The notes beneath the pieces are model-generated. The model was given only the letters and a program-made list of their open reading frames with translations, searched no databases and had not been told where the DNA came from. Shown here one piece after another: positions 10,047-19,094 of a DNA stretch of 64,000 nucleotides. A program made the translations under genes and the position numbers. Source of the stretch: Candidatus Poribacteria bacterium (lineage in GTDB: Bacteria > Poribacteria > WGA-4E > PCPOR2b); contig OZ220744.1 of assembly GCA_965116925.1 (NCBI GenBank), positions 4,320,001 through 4,384,000 of the forward strand. Direction: 5' to 3'. The stretch's first letter is position 1, and every line of letters begins with the position of its first letter.

Positions 10047-11048
10047 CTAATCATTTCCAGCAGCACTTTGATTGTCCACCTGTTCCTCCGATGAAAACAC
10101 CTTAAAATCACAGATAGCGTGCCGAAAAACAACGATTTTTGATTCGTTTTCTAAAATCATCTTAATCTCGTACCTGCTGACCCAATCCACCAATCCCCGA
10201 AAAACTTCTCCTTCCAGCATCGTGACTTCGATTGTGTGCCGAGCCCGCCGCGCTTGAACAATAGTTCGCGTATCGAGACTATAGCGTTTTTTTCGTTGTA
10301 TTATGGGTTTTAAGTTTTGTTCCTTAATTTCCTCGTTGTAGCGGATAATTGACTGTATGTCCGTAGCATCCTTCGCCTTGTAACAGTATTTGACATCGGT
10401 TTTCGGCAGTTCTTGTCTTTCTGCTTCCCCCCCGATAGGATTGGGATTCCGAGCAACTTGTAAAACGAAGTCGTATTTGGTGAATCCAGTGACTGTCACA
10501 GGTAGCAGCGTATGATTATACAATCCAAAAAACATGGGCGTTTGAAGACGGATCTGTTTCTGTGTGTAGAGATCGCCAAAGGTTGGCTGTTCATCAGGCG
10601 AGGAGGCTAGTTCTGGTTTGGGAGTGTGCGGAGGAGAAGGTTTCTGATCTGGGGGAGTATCAATCAATTCAGACGTTGCTGTTTTAACTCTTGGAGTTGA
10701 TAAAGCAGCCGGTGTGGGTCGAGTAGGACTTTGAGACGAGGCAAACGCCTCCTTCTCAGAACCATCTCTTGGCTGCTGAGGTGGGACATAGTTGCGAGGT
10801 ATCACTGCCTTACCTTGCCTCAATCGCTTCTGCTCAAGTGGGGTAAGCAGGATTTTGACGTTCTGGGCGATAGGACCTCTATCGCCAACAGCTACTTCGT
10901 ATCTGACATGCTGTCCTACGTGAATTTCGTCGTATCCACCCTGGATCGCGGAGATATGCATAAAAACATCTCCTTCACCGGTGTCTTGAGCGATGAATCC
11001 ATACCCTTTGTCTGAGTTATAATATTTGACTCGTCCCGTTAGCATCAT
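10047..11048 (-). CDS. Cold-shock domain protein fused to two Hfq/Sm-like domains
   Basis: CSD with RNP1 KGYGFI and RNP2 VFMHIS, Pro/Ser-rich linker, C-terminal Sm-like domain ending VVFRHAI. Confidence 0.75.
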   Translation of the reverse strand: MMLTGRVKYYNSDKGYGFIAQDTGEGDVFMHISAIQGGYDEIHVGQHVRYEVAVGDRGPIAQNVKILLTPLEQKRLRQGKAVIPRNYVPPQQPRDGSEKEAFASSQSPTRPTPAALSTPRVKTATSELIDTPPDQKPSPPHTPKPELASSPDEQPTFGDLYTQKQIRLQTPMFFGLYNHTLLPVTVTGFTKYDFVLQVARNPNPIGGEAERQELPKTDVKYCYKAKDATDIQSIIRYNEEIKEQNLKPIIQRKKRYSLDTRTIVQARRARHTIEVTMLEGEVFRGLVDWVSRYEIKMILENESKIVVFRHAICDFKVFSSEEQVDNQSAAGND

Positions 11049-11093
11049 TTTTTCTCCGTTGGATTAAAGATTTCCGATTGGAATGCGAGCGAT

Positions 11094-11915
11094 TTAGTAA
11101 TAGCACGGAAGATTCCTACCTTGGATGGGATCAACATATTTTGTTAAGTCACGCAGGGAAATAACAGTACAGTCGCTGTCGTGAAGATAATCCATGTAGG
11201 CTTCAAATGTTTCGGGATCTGTGTTGACCCAAGGGTGCTCAAGTGCGGGTACACCGTGAAAGGTCAAGACGGCAATCTGTCCATCTCTTGCCCCCTCAAC
11301 TGCCCACACCAAGTCGTCAAAGGTCCAGTGCGGTCCCGAAGCACCTGTCGTCGGGATGAGCAGCGGATGATGTTTCGCTGGGTTGTATGCGGGTCCTCGT
11401 CCTCCCTCTGAATCGCAGGTAAACTCCGGTGCAATGCCGCGTCGTGCAAAGAGGAATCCTTTCTCAGTCAAGACTTTCACAGCTTCAGGTCCGTTAGAAT
11501 AACCCGGATAACAGAATGTCTCAGGTACAGGGATATTGTATTCCTTGCAACGTAGATCGATGTGTCGCAGGTCAGCGAGCAACTCTTCGCTCGATTGGTT
11601 GTTCACGTTTTTGTGATGGCGGGTGTGGTTGCCAATTTCAAAACCGGCTTCGTGCAGTTCCTTAACCTCTTCCCATGTTACATAGCGGTCTTTGTTTTTG
11701 AGAAAGTTGAGTCCTTCAGTGATGAAAAAGGTCCCACCGAAACCGTAACTCTTCAGTAAGGGTGCTACATAGGTGGCATCCGACTTATTGCCGTCATCGA
11801 AGGTCAAGACAATCAGCCGGTCGGGAATGGGTTGGAGATCTTGGGAGGCGGATATATTCCTATCGTTATCATAAACACGTGATTCGTTCATCGGCTTCCT
11901 TTCAGCGGGACTCAT
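11094..11915 (-). CDS. Polysaccharide deacetylase (NodB/CE4) family protein
   Basis: LTFDDG, EIGNHTRHH, FCYPG, LTFH motifs. Confidence 0.92.
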   Translation of the reverse strand: MSPAERKPMNESRVYDNDRNISASQDLQPIPDRLIVLTFDDGNKSDATYVAPLLKSYGFGGTFFITEGLNFLKNKDRYVTWEEVKELHEAGFEIGNHTRHHKNVNNQSSEELLADLRHIDLRCKEYNIPVPETFCYPGYSNGPEAVKVLTEKGFLFARRGIAPEFTCDSEGGRGPAYNPAKHHPLLIPTTGASGPHWTFDDLVWAVEGARDGQIAVLTFHGVPALEHPWVNTDPETFEAYMDYLHDSDCTVISLRDLTKYVDPIQGRNLPCYY

Positions 11916-12979
11916 TAGCTGGTTTCCAAGAACTCCCAGAGTCGGTCAAATTGCGCCCCTGTAACAGGTTGATGGCGCAGGATGGTATTGGTATCCTTTC
12001 GCTCCATGTAGCTCGGCGCAAACTCCAATCCCGCGCGAAGTTCGTCGCGGCTTATGCCTACCTCCCTTGGTCGGCGGCGCACTTTGCATCTGTCTAGTCG
12101 ATTCGTCAGAATCTCTGGATGCTCGTCACATTGCCAAGCGATGATAATTGCGCTGAACGCGACCATCTCTCCATGGATGTAGCTTGTGTTATGCTTTTCT
12201 TCTAGGGCAAGCCAGAAATCGTGGTCTCCGCTTGCAGCCTCCGGTCGTTGAATCCAGCGAGAATCGCGTTCTTGTACACTTTTCATGATGTGCCGCACGC
12301 TTTTCCCTGTCAAGTTTCCGTGCGTATCAAGAGTGGCTTCAAATCCTCGGGTAATCTCTTCATGGTGGCTGAGGACATCCGCAATTACTGTTTCGTCGCA
12401 AGGGGGGCCTATGCCGTTTTTGGCACGCCAACGCCATTCTACGGGTGCCGCATACCCGCATAGTATATCACCGAGTCCAGCGGTATTCAGATAATAGGGT
12501 GCTTCGAGAATCAGGTCGTCATCCACCAAAACATGGTCGCAGTCCACCCAGAGCCAATCATCGAGTGCTCCAACGATTTTCCGCCCTTCCCATTTCGCTA
12601 CAACTCCATGGATGATCGCTCCCGTTGATACAATCGTTGGCACCATGACAAGCGGCAGGTCTTTATCTAACGCTACGAACTTTGAAGCATCTAGTGCCCG
12701 TCCGCCGCCCAGCCCAACCACTAACTCCGCGTCATCAGCTAAACTATCGCTTATTTCCTTTTGATGTTTGGAATCCAACCACATCGCATGGGCTACCCCT
12801 GCGGGCGGTTTGGATAGATAGGGTTGTGCTGTTCTGTATGCAGTCGGTGTGGATACCATTAAGTAACGTGGCCACCCGGCACTCTCCTTTTTCAGCAGCC
12901 CTGAATCGTAGCGAATATCATATTCCGCTGCCGGCTTCATCTGACTTGCATGGGACCAGCCGCGCCCTGCTTTATTCAT
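11915..12979 (-). CDS. Glycerol-1-phosphate dehydrogenase-like metal-dependent alcohol dehydrogenase
   Basis: GLGGGRALDASK, VPTIVS, AGLGD, SGDH and HGEMVA motifs. Confidence 0.75.
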   Translation of the reverse strand: MNKAGRGWSHASQMKPAAEYDIRYDSGLLKKESAGWPRYLMVSTPTAYRTAQPYLSKPPAGVAHAMWLDSKHQKEISDSLADDAELVVGLGGGRALDASKFVALDKDLPLVMVPTIVSTGAIIHGVVAKWEGRKIVGALDDWLWVDCDHVLVDDDLILEAPYYLNTAGLGDILCGYAAPVEWRWRAKNGIGPPCDETVIADVLSHHEEITRGFEATLDTHGNLTGKSVRHIMKSVQERDSRWIQRPEAASGDHDFWLALEEKHNTSYIHGEMVAFSAIIIAWQCDEHPEILTNRLDRCKVRRRPREVGISRDELRAGLEFAPSYMERKDTNTILRHQPVTGAQFDRLWEFLETS

Positions 12980-13006
12980 GTTTCCTACCTCTCTTTTTCA
13001 GCGTTT

Positions 13007-13230
13007 TATAGTGGACCTTAGAATTAATGAAACACTCCAAATCGGTGCGGTTACATGAAGATAAAAAAAACAGTTCGGTAATTTGCTAGCGACACCGGCG
13101 CGGGGGAAAACCGCGCCTACCGTGTGTTTCGAGGAAAATCGAGATTACCGATTTAAATACTTAAATCTCATCAAACCGCACCTACCAAGTGAGGGGCGAA
13201 AGTGTCTATTTATTTTTAGAATTCACTATA
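13007..13230. mobile_element. MITE-like shell A, copy 2, with a nested insertion of about 118 bp (13056-13173) in the hairpin loop
   Basis: Same arms as 7297-7397; hairpin split into GGTGCGGTTACA and AACCGCACCTACC by an insert carrying its own REP hairpin. Confidence 0.8.
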
Positions 13231-13466
13231 GTACTATGGATTATCTAGCACGTTTTCTATTTTGAGTTTGAACAGGAGCTCTCTCATTCTTGACCGGGTA
13301 TTGAAAACACTCCCTGCATTTTATCCAATTCCGTTTCGATTTTCAAGCCTTTTCTAATCTGGGAAGCGGTGCCAAACTTACAACCCAACCTTTAGAAGGG
13401 GCAAGCGTCAAATCTGTTGTCATCTAGATATGGAATCGCCACTGTTTCAACAAGTAGGATACCACA

Positions 13467-15278
13467 ATGAAAGATATGATTATTTCAGATCTAAGCCAGT
13501 GTCAACCAACTCACTGTCTTGACCGGGACTATCGGCACGGCACTTGGCGGTTGATTGACTATGAAACCGAAGAGTTTGCTGGCACAATGATCTATTCTGG
13601 TCCTGGGATGAATTCCGAACCGCTGACATTGTCCTTAAACTGTGAAGGCTACCATGCAATATATGTGGGCGTCCATTACCCGGGCCAGTTTGGGGATGCT
13701 CATGCGCGCCTCCGTTTGACCGATGATCCGGCATACACTCTCGTGAGGGCAGAGACGCAATCTGGAAAGGACCTCAACGGCATTCCACTGGAACTGCGAT
13801 GGAGCCACACAACGAAGGCATTCTCAGATTACCAAGTTTCTGAGGCTTTCTGGAAGGTCGCGGATCTCACCGGGGTTGACCTCATCATTAGTCGCTTCAA
13901 CGAGGGTGGTCGGGGAGGTAGTTACGGCGAGATATACAGCAACTTGGTCTATGTACGACTCGTCCCCCTTTCTGAAGCGGAGATCGAGGAATACCAGCAG
14001 GAATTGCCTCGGAGGGATACCAAACGCCTTGTGGCTATGAACGATGCCGGTATTTTCTCCGAACTGCGCACGAAGGAAGATATCTGGGCGCAATTTGAGC
14101 CGTATCGGGACAGCGATGTGGAGATTATGCTGTGGGCGACCTTCAAAGGCGAAAATTGTACCTATCGCAGCCGCATTGGGCGCACACTGACCGACAGTGA
14201 CAATCCCTTTGATCGCTTCGCTGCTCACGAACGTTGGGACGTGACGCTTGAGAAGTTAGAGGAACAGGGGGTTGACTTTATGACAGAGGTGGTACAAGCT
14301 GCCCATGCGCTTGGCATACGCATCTTCCCAAGCCTCCGTCTACAGGGACCGAAAGCGGTGCCGTTAGAGATGGAAAAGGGAAGCTTCTATGAACGGCATC
14401 CCGAATTTCGTTGCAAGGATAAGCACGGTAGGGGGATAGCGCATCTCAGTTTGGCTTTTCCTGAAGTCCGGCAGCTGTGGATTTCTCTCCTCTGTGAAGC
14501 ACTGGAATACGGATTTGATGGGGTGCATGTGATTTTTTGTCGCTCCCAGCCGTTTGTGTTATATGAAGCACCGGTGATTCAGCAATTTCGTGAGGAATAT
14601 GGAGAAGATCCCCGTGACTGTCCGGACGACGACCCACGTTTCTGGAGAGTTCTGTCCATCTTTGTTACCCAATTTGCGCGTGAACTCAGGGCGGCTGTCG
14701 ATGCCATGGGCGAAAAAATGGGGCGGAAGCTCGAAATTGCCTACAATATTACCTCGACAATGGAAAGTCGGCTTCGGGCACCGGGGGTTGATCCGACTTC
14801 TAGACCAGAAGTCGCTGGCGGCACTGGTAAATATAATCTTAGCGAGGTCATGCAAAGTAATATGGTATGGGGAATTGATGTTGAGACTTTGGTGCAAGAG
14901 GGCTTGGTAGATTACTTGATGCCCCATCCAACTTTTGCAACGAACGCGGCAGAATGGATTCGACCGATGGTGGAATTGGTGAAGGACACGCCGGTGAAGT
15001 TGTATCCAGACCTTTATCCCCGCCGTCAACCTCCAGCCGCCTCCCTGTACTCCGCGCAAACCTTATATGAATTGGGCTGTGATGGTCTCACCTTGTGGGA
15101 CACCTATTCTCGGGTGTTCCGGATCTCTGAATGGGCGATGATGAAACGTCTAGGTCATCGGGAAGTGTTGAAAGATTGGCGCGAGAGTAGCAAGGGCGAC
15201 GACTACTTTCGCGTCCTGAATTTCAAATGGATTGGCGATCGGAGTGGTGATCCACGCTATTATCAAACCAATGGATAA
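13467..15278 (+). CDS. Glycosyl hydrolase-like family 10 (GHL10) TIM-barrel protein with extra N-terminal domain
   Basis: AAHALGIRIFPSLR, FYERHPEF, LAFPEVRQLW, YGFDGV, EGLVDYL patterns. Confidence 0.65.
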   Translation: MKDMIISDLSQCQPTHCLDRDYRHGTWRLIDYETEEFAGTMIYSGPGMNSEPLTLSLNCEGYHAIYVGVHYPGQFGDAHARLRLTDDPAYTLVRAETQSGKDLNGIPLELRWSHTTKAFSDYQVSEAFWKVADLTGVDLIISRFNEGGRGGSYGEIYSNLVYVRLVPLSEAEIEEYQQELPRRDTKRLVAMNDAGIFSELRTKEDIWAQFEPYRDSDVEIMLWATFKGENCTYRSRIGRTLTDSDNPFDRFAAHERWDVTLEKLEEQGVDFMTEVVQAAHALGIRIFPSLRLQGPKAVPLEMEKGSFYERHPEFRCKDKHGRGIAHLSLAFPEVRQLWISLLCEALEYGFDGVHVIFCRSQPFVLYEAPVIQQFREEYGEDPRDCPDDDPRFWRVLSIFVTQFARELRAAVDAMGEKMGRKLEIAYNITSTMESRLRAPGVDPTSRPEVAGGTGKYNLSEVMQSNMVWGIDVETLVQEGLVDYLMPHPTFATNAAEWIRPMVELVKDTPVKLYPDLYPRRQPPAASLYSAQTLYELGCDGLTLWDTYSRVFRISEWAMMKRLGHREVLKDWRESSKGDDYFRVLNFKWIGDRSGDPRYYQTNG

Positions 15279-15367
15279 ATAGCTTTTTGCTTCGTCATTA
15301 TCCCTATTGTACAAGCGAATCGTTATTGAAAAACTGCAACAGAGTAGTAGGATCATTTAATGCTTCG

Positions 15368-15395
15368 GGCGGGGCAAGATGCCCCGCCTACGATG
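15368..15395. repeat. GTAG-type REP hairpin GGCGGGGC-AAGAT-GCCCCGCC-TAC
   Basis: 27 bp (15369-15395) identical to 59912-59938. Confidence 0.8.
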
Positions 15396-15543
15396 AGTAG
15401 ATTCTTGACTGTATGGGATTGGTTATGCTACGATAATCTTCGTGATTTACCTCTTTTCGATTTGGTTATGGTTGACCGGACAGATACTCAGGCGACGAGA
15501 GGTTCAGATACAATCTAATGAGCAGATTGGTAGTTTTTAACCC

Positions 15544-16932
15544 ATGACAGACCACCACCAGCGAAACAGCAATATACTCCAGCGTTGGGGAGCAGTGCTA
15601 ACAACTTGGACCGAAAGATGGATTCCAGATGCCCTCGTAATTGTTTGGATACTGACCGCAGTTTGCTTTATTTTCGCCCTCGTTTGGGGAGACGCTTCCC
15701 CGGTGTCAGCGGTAAAGGCGTGGGGCAATGGGTTTTGGGTGTTGCTTGAGTTTGGGATGCAGGTCTGTCTGACGATGATGACAGGGTATATTCTCGCTAG
15801 TGCACCGATTGTCAGACGCATCCTTCAGAAGCTGGCGTCGTTACCAAATCCGGATAAGCCGACGCAATCAATTATTCTGATGAGTCTGTTTTCGATGGTT
15901 ACTGCTTGGCTCAGTTGGGCTTTCAGTCTGATTGCAAGTGCGCTGTTTGCCGTGTTCTTGGTGCACCGAAATCAGAAGGTCGATTATCGGCTGCTTGTGG
16001 CAGCAGCTTATCTCGGACTTGGGTGTACGTGGCACGCCGGATTGTCCGCTTCCGCGCCGCTTTTGGTGAATACGCCCGATAACTTCCTAATCCAAGGTGG
16101 GATTCTCCAGACTACGATTCCAGCGAACGAAACCATTTTTAGCCTTTTTAACATTATCTTGCTTGTGTTGGTGATCCTTGTGGTAACCGCACTGATGGCG
16201 GTGATGCACCCTTCAGCAGAAAACAGTTACCGGATCAAACCCGAACTTTTAGAACAGTTGCAACTGTTCGAGGCACCTGAAAAACCACATTTGATGTCAC
16301 CATCAATACGGCTGAATTGGTGGCCCGGTTTTAACTTGATTGTCGGAATGGCTGGACTGGCTTGGCTTTTTGGCAACGTTGTCCGTTTAGGCTTCGCCAA
16401 TGCTATTACCCTGAATACCGTCAATTTCTTTTTTCTGATGCTCAGTATTCTCCTACATTGGTATCCGTGGCGATTTCTTAAAGCAGCAGAAAACGCAGGC
16501 AAAATTGTGTGGGGTGTTATTATTCAGTTCCCATTCTACGCCGGTATCTTTGGGCTGTTCAAATTTACCAATCTTGCGACTGCGTTCACCCAAGCCTTCA
16601 TTGCCATAGGAAGCAAAAACACGTTCCTGTTGATTGCTTATTGGTATGCCGGTATTTTGAATTATTTTATTCCCTCCGGTGGCTCAGAATGGGCGGTTAC
16701 AGCACCATACCTTATACCCGCGGGTAACGCGCTCGGTGTTGATGCCTCAAAGATAGTTGTTGCATACGCTTGGGGCGATATGATGACTGACATGATTCAG
16801 CCCTTCTGGGCGATTGCAATGCTTGCCATTGTTAAACTGGAATTTAGAGAGATTATGGGTCGCCTATTACTGGTTTTCTTTGTGTATTTTGGGGTGACAT
16901 CGACGGCGTTTCTTGTGTGGCCCTTGTTGTAG
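15544..16932 (+). CDS. atoE: Short-chain fatty acid transporter (AtoE/TIGR00366 family)
   Basis: DYRLLVAAAY, WHAGLSASAPL, QFPFYAGI, FIPSGGSEW, AWGDMMTDMIQPFWA. Confidence 0.9.
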   Translation: MTDHHQRNSNILQRWGAVLTTWTERWIPDALVIVWILTAVCFIFALVWGDASPVSAVKAWGNGFWVLLEFGMQVCLTMMTGYILASAPIVRRILQKLASLPNPDKPTQSIILMSLFSMVTAWLSWAFSLIASALFAVFLVHRNQKVDYRLLVAAAYLGLGCTWHAGLSASAPLLVNTPDNFLIQGGILQTTIPANETIFSLFNIILLVLVILVVTALMAVMHPSAENSYRIKPELLEQLQLFEAPEKPHLMSPSIRLNWWPGFNLIVGMAGLAWLFGNVVRLGFANAITLNTVNFFFLMLSILLHWYPWRFLKAAENAGKIVWGVIIQFPFYAGIFGLFKFTNLATAFTQAFIAIGSKNTFLLIAYWYAGILNYFIPSGGSEWAVTAPYLIPAGNALGVDASKIVVAYAWGDMMTDMIQPFWAIAMLAIVKLEFREIMGRLLLVFFVYFGVTSTAFLVWPLL

Positions 16933-17217
16933 ACGGATAGGGTGGCACTGCATTTAAAGAAAAGAACGTTTGGAGACCACAGAATCGGATATATTGACAT
17001 GGCTCATGTAACAAGAAAATGCAAAACGGATGAGCGTGAAACGTGATGCGTGAAACGTGAAAACCATCAAAAAGAAAGTACAAAATGCTAGGAGCCCCCG
17101 AGTTTGTCCGAAAAAACTCGGGATCTGTTGCACCATTTCTTAACATGAGCGATTGACATAACCGTGAATAATCTTTTGGGAATATTATTTTTTTCACGAT
17201 CCATGGAGAGTTCAACA

Positions 17218-18288
17218 ATGACAAGGCACTTTGATTTTATTTGGCTGTTTGCGCTGCTTCTACTCCTTCCAACTGATGGATACGCTCCTTGTGTTGTGTT
17301 TGCGCCACCGGAGGAGGAATTAAACGGTACCGGGCAACGTGCGTTCATCGCTTATAATCCGCAAACACAACAGGTCAATCTCGTTCCTAGTATCAACATC
17401 AGCGGTGAAGTAACAGAGTTTGCTGTCGTCATCCCGACACCATCCATCCCTAAACTTGACACAGTAGATCGGCGGATCTTTAGGGAGTTGAATGACCTTA
17501 CAATGCCAGTAACCCGATGGCGCGGGGGCGGCGGAAGTTCGGGGTGTAACGTTTTCACAACAGAGGACAGTGACGGCATCGCTGTATTTGATAGTGCTAG
17601 CGAAGAGGAGGGGGTTACTGTCATCTCTGAGCAAGAGGTGGGGGCTTTTGATACCGCTATTCTCACCGCCGATAATCCGATGGCACTAACCGATTGGCTT
17701 GACGAACACGGCTATCGTCATTCCATTGACGACAATTTAATACTACAGGGCTACATCGATCAGAAATGGGTATTCACCGCTATGCGATTGCGCGTGGAGT
17801 TTACGGATGGTGCGCGTCGGTCAGCCCGCTTTTTCGACCAGCCCATTGATCCAATCTTATTGACATATAGGGCGGAGCGGTTAATCTACCCGTTGCGCCT
17901 AACCTCGATTAGTGCGCGGGAGGGCGCGGATGTTACCGTATACATTCTTACCCCGAATAAAATGGACTTTCCGAGCGCGAAAGTTGAGTACGCCAACTGG
18001 ATTACCGACAGTGAGCGCGATGCGATTCGTCTACGTCATCCAACACTCGGCAGCTTTATCGGAGAGTCACGTTATTTAACTCGTTTGCGTCGTATCTTTG
18101 CCCGAACCGAGATGGATATAGATTTTGAGTTAGTTCGTCACCAGGACAACCAAGAATTTCGCCGCGTCCGGTATATGGGGATTACTTTTCTTCCCGACCT
18201 CCTGCTCGTCGGTTTGATGGCAGCTGGCTACTCTGCATGGAGAAGGATACGATCGTTGAGACGTTGGTCGCAAACCGGAAAAGACTGA
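17218..18288 (+). CDS. DUF2330 family secreted protein with C-terminal TM anchor
   Basis: FAVVIPTP, VGAFD, LTDWLDEHGY, YPLRLTS; start moved to the ATG after GGAGA. Confidence 0.8.
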   Translation: MTRHFDFIWLFALLLLLPTDGYAPCVVFAPPEEELNGTGQRAFIAYNPQTQQVNLVPSINISGEVTEFAVVIPTPSIPKLDTVDRRIFRELNDLTMPVTRWRGGGGSSGCNVFTTEDSDGIAVFDSASEEEGVTVISEQEVGAFDTAILTADNPMALTDWLDEHGYRHSIDDNLILQGYIDQKWVFTAMRLRVEFTDGARRSARFFDQPIDPILLTYRAERLIYPLRLTSISAREGADVTVYILTPNKMDFPSAKVEYANWITDSERDAIRLRHPTLGSFIGESRYLTRLRRIFARTEMDIDFELVRHQDNQEFRRVRYMGITFLPDLLLVGLMAAGYSAWRRIRSLRRWSQTGKD

Positions 18289-18307
18289 ATCAAAGGAGAT
18301 CGATTGA

Positions 18308-18940
18308 ATGAATTCCCAACGTCATAGATTGATTATACTTTTTGGTCTTATATGTATGGCTCTCATTTTTCCATCTGTTTCGTCTGCTAGATTCCAAGAG
18401 GGCTTCGGACTGTATGGAGGATTCCATAGCCCATCAGAGGCTAGCACTGATGGCATTTACGGAAGTGGACCAATGTTCGGGGCGCAGTATAAACTCGCAG
18501 TTTCAACTCACACGGGGTTAGCATCATCAATTGGTGTTCTACAGAAGCAGGGCGATCCCTACAATGATAACACCTTCATCGGTACGGATCCATCATCTAG
18601 TGTAACGTTTGTGCCTGCTGAAATCAGTTACATTATCAATCTCATATCAAATCTACCCGAAACGGAGCGGCGGATTCACAGTTTATACATTGGCGTCGGT
18701 GTCAATCATATTTGGACCCGTGAACGGGCACCCGGATCGCCCCTTGCCAAAGGTAATGCCTTTGGCAATCAGCTTTTGGCTGGCACGACTTTCTCGATAT
18801 CGAAGGATTTTGTTTTGGGCTTAGAGTTCAAATATCTGAGAAATCGACCGCTCATGAAACTGGATTCGGGCCGCACCTATCGTGTACAGCTCGATGGCAC
18901 ACAGGCTCAAATGACGTTTATGTGGCATTTCGGGAATTAA
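18308..18940 (+). CDS. Small outer-membrane beta-barrel protein (OmpA/OmpW-like)
   Basis: Signal peptide, YIGVGVN, LGLEFKY, terminal MWHF strand; AAGGAG RBS. Confidence 0.7.
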   Translation: MNSQRHRLIILFGLICMALIFPSVSSARFQEGFGLYGGFHSPSEASTDGIYGSGPMFGAQYKLAVSTHTGLASSIGVLQKQGDPYNDNTFIGTDPSSSVTFVPAEISYIINLISNLPETERRIHSLYIGVGVNHIWTRERAPGSPLAKGNAFGNQLLAGTTFSISKDFVLGLEFKYLRNRPLMKLDSGRTYRVQLDGTQAQMTFMWHFGN

Positions 18941-19094
18941 TGTGACTTGGGGGATAAAACTACTGCTTAACTGATAGCGGATAAGCACTTAACCCCCCTA
19001 CCCTCTTATCAGGGGGGAATTAGCGGTCTTGTTAATGTCACATTTACTGGTAAGTGTCTACTTATTTCTGGACTTCACCATAAGAAGGAGTGTT

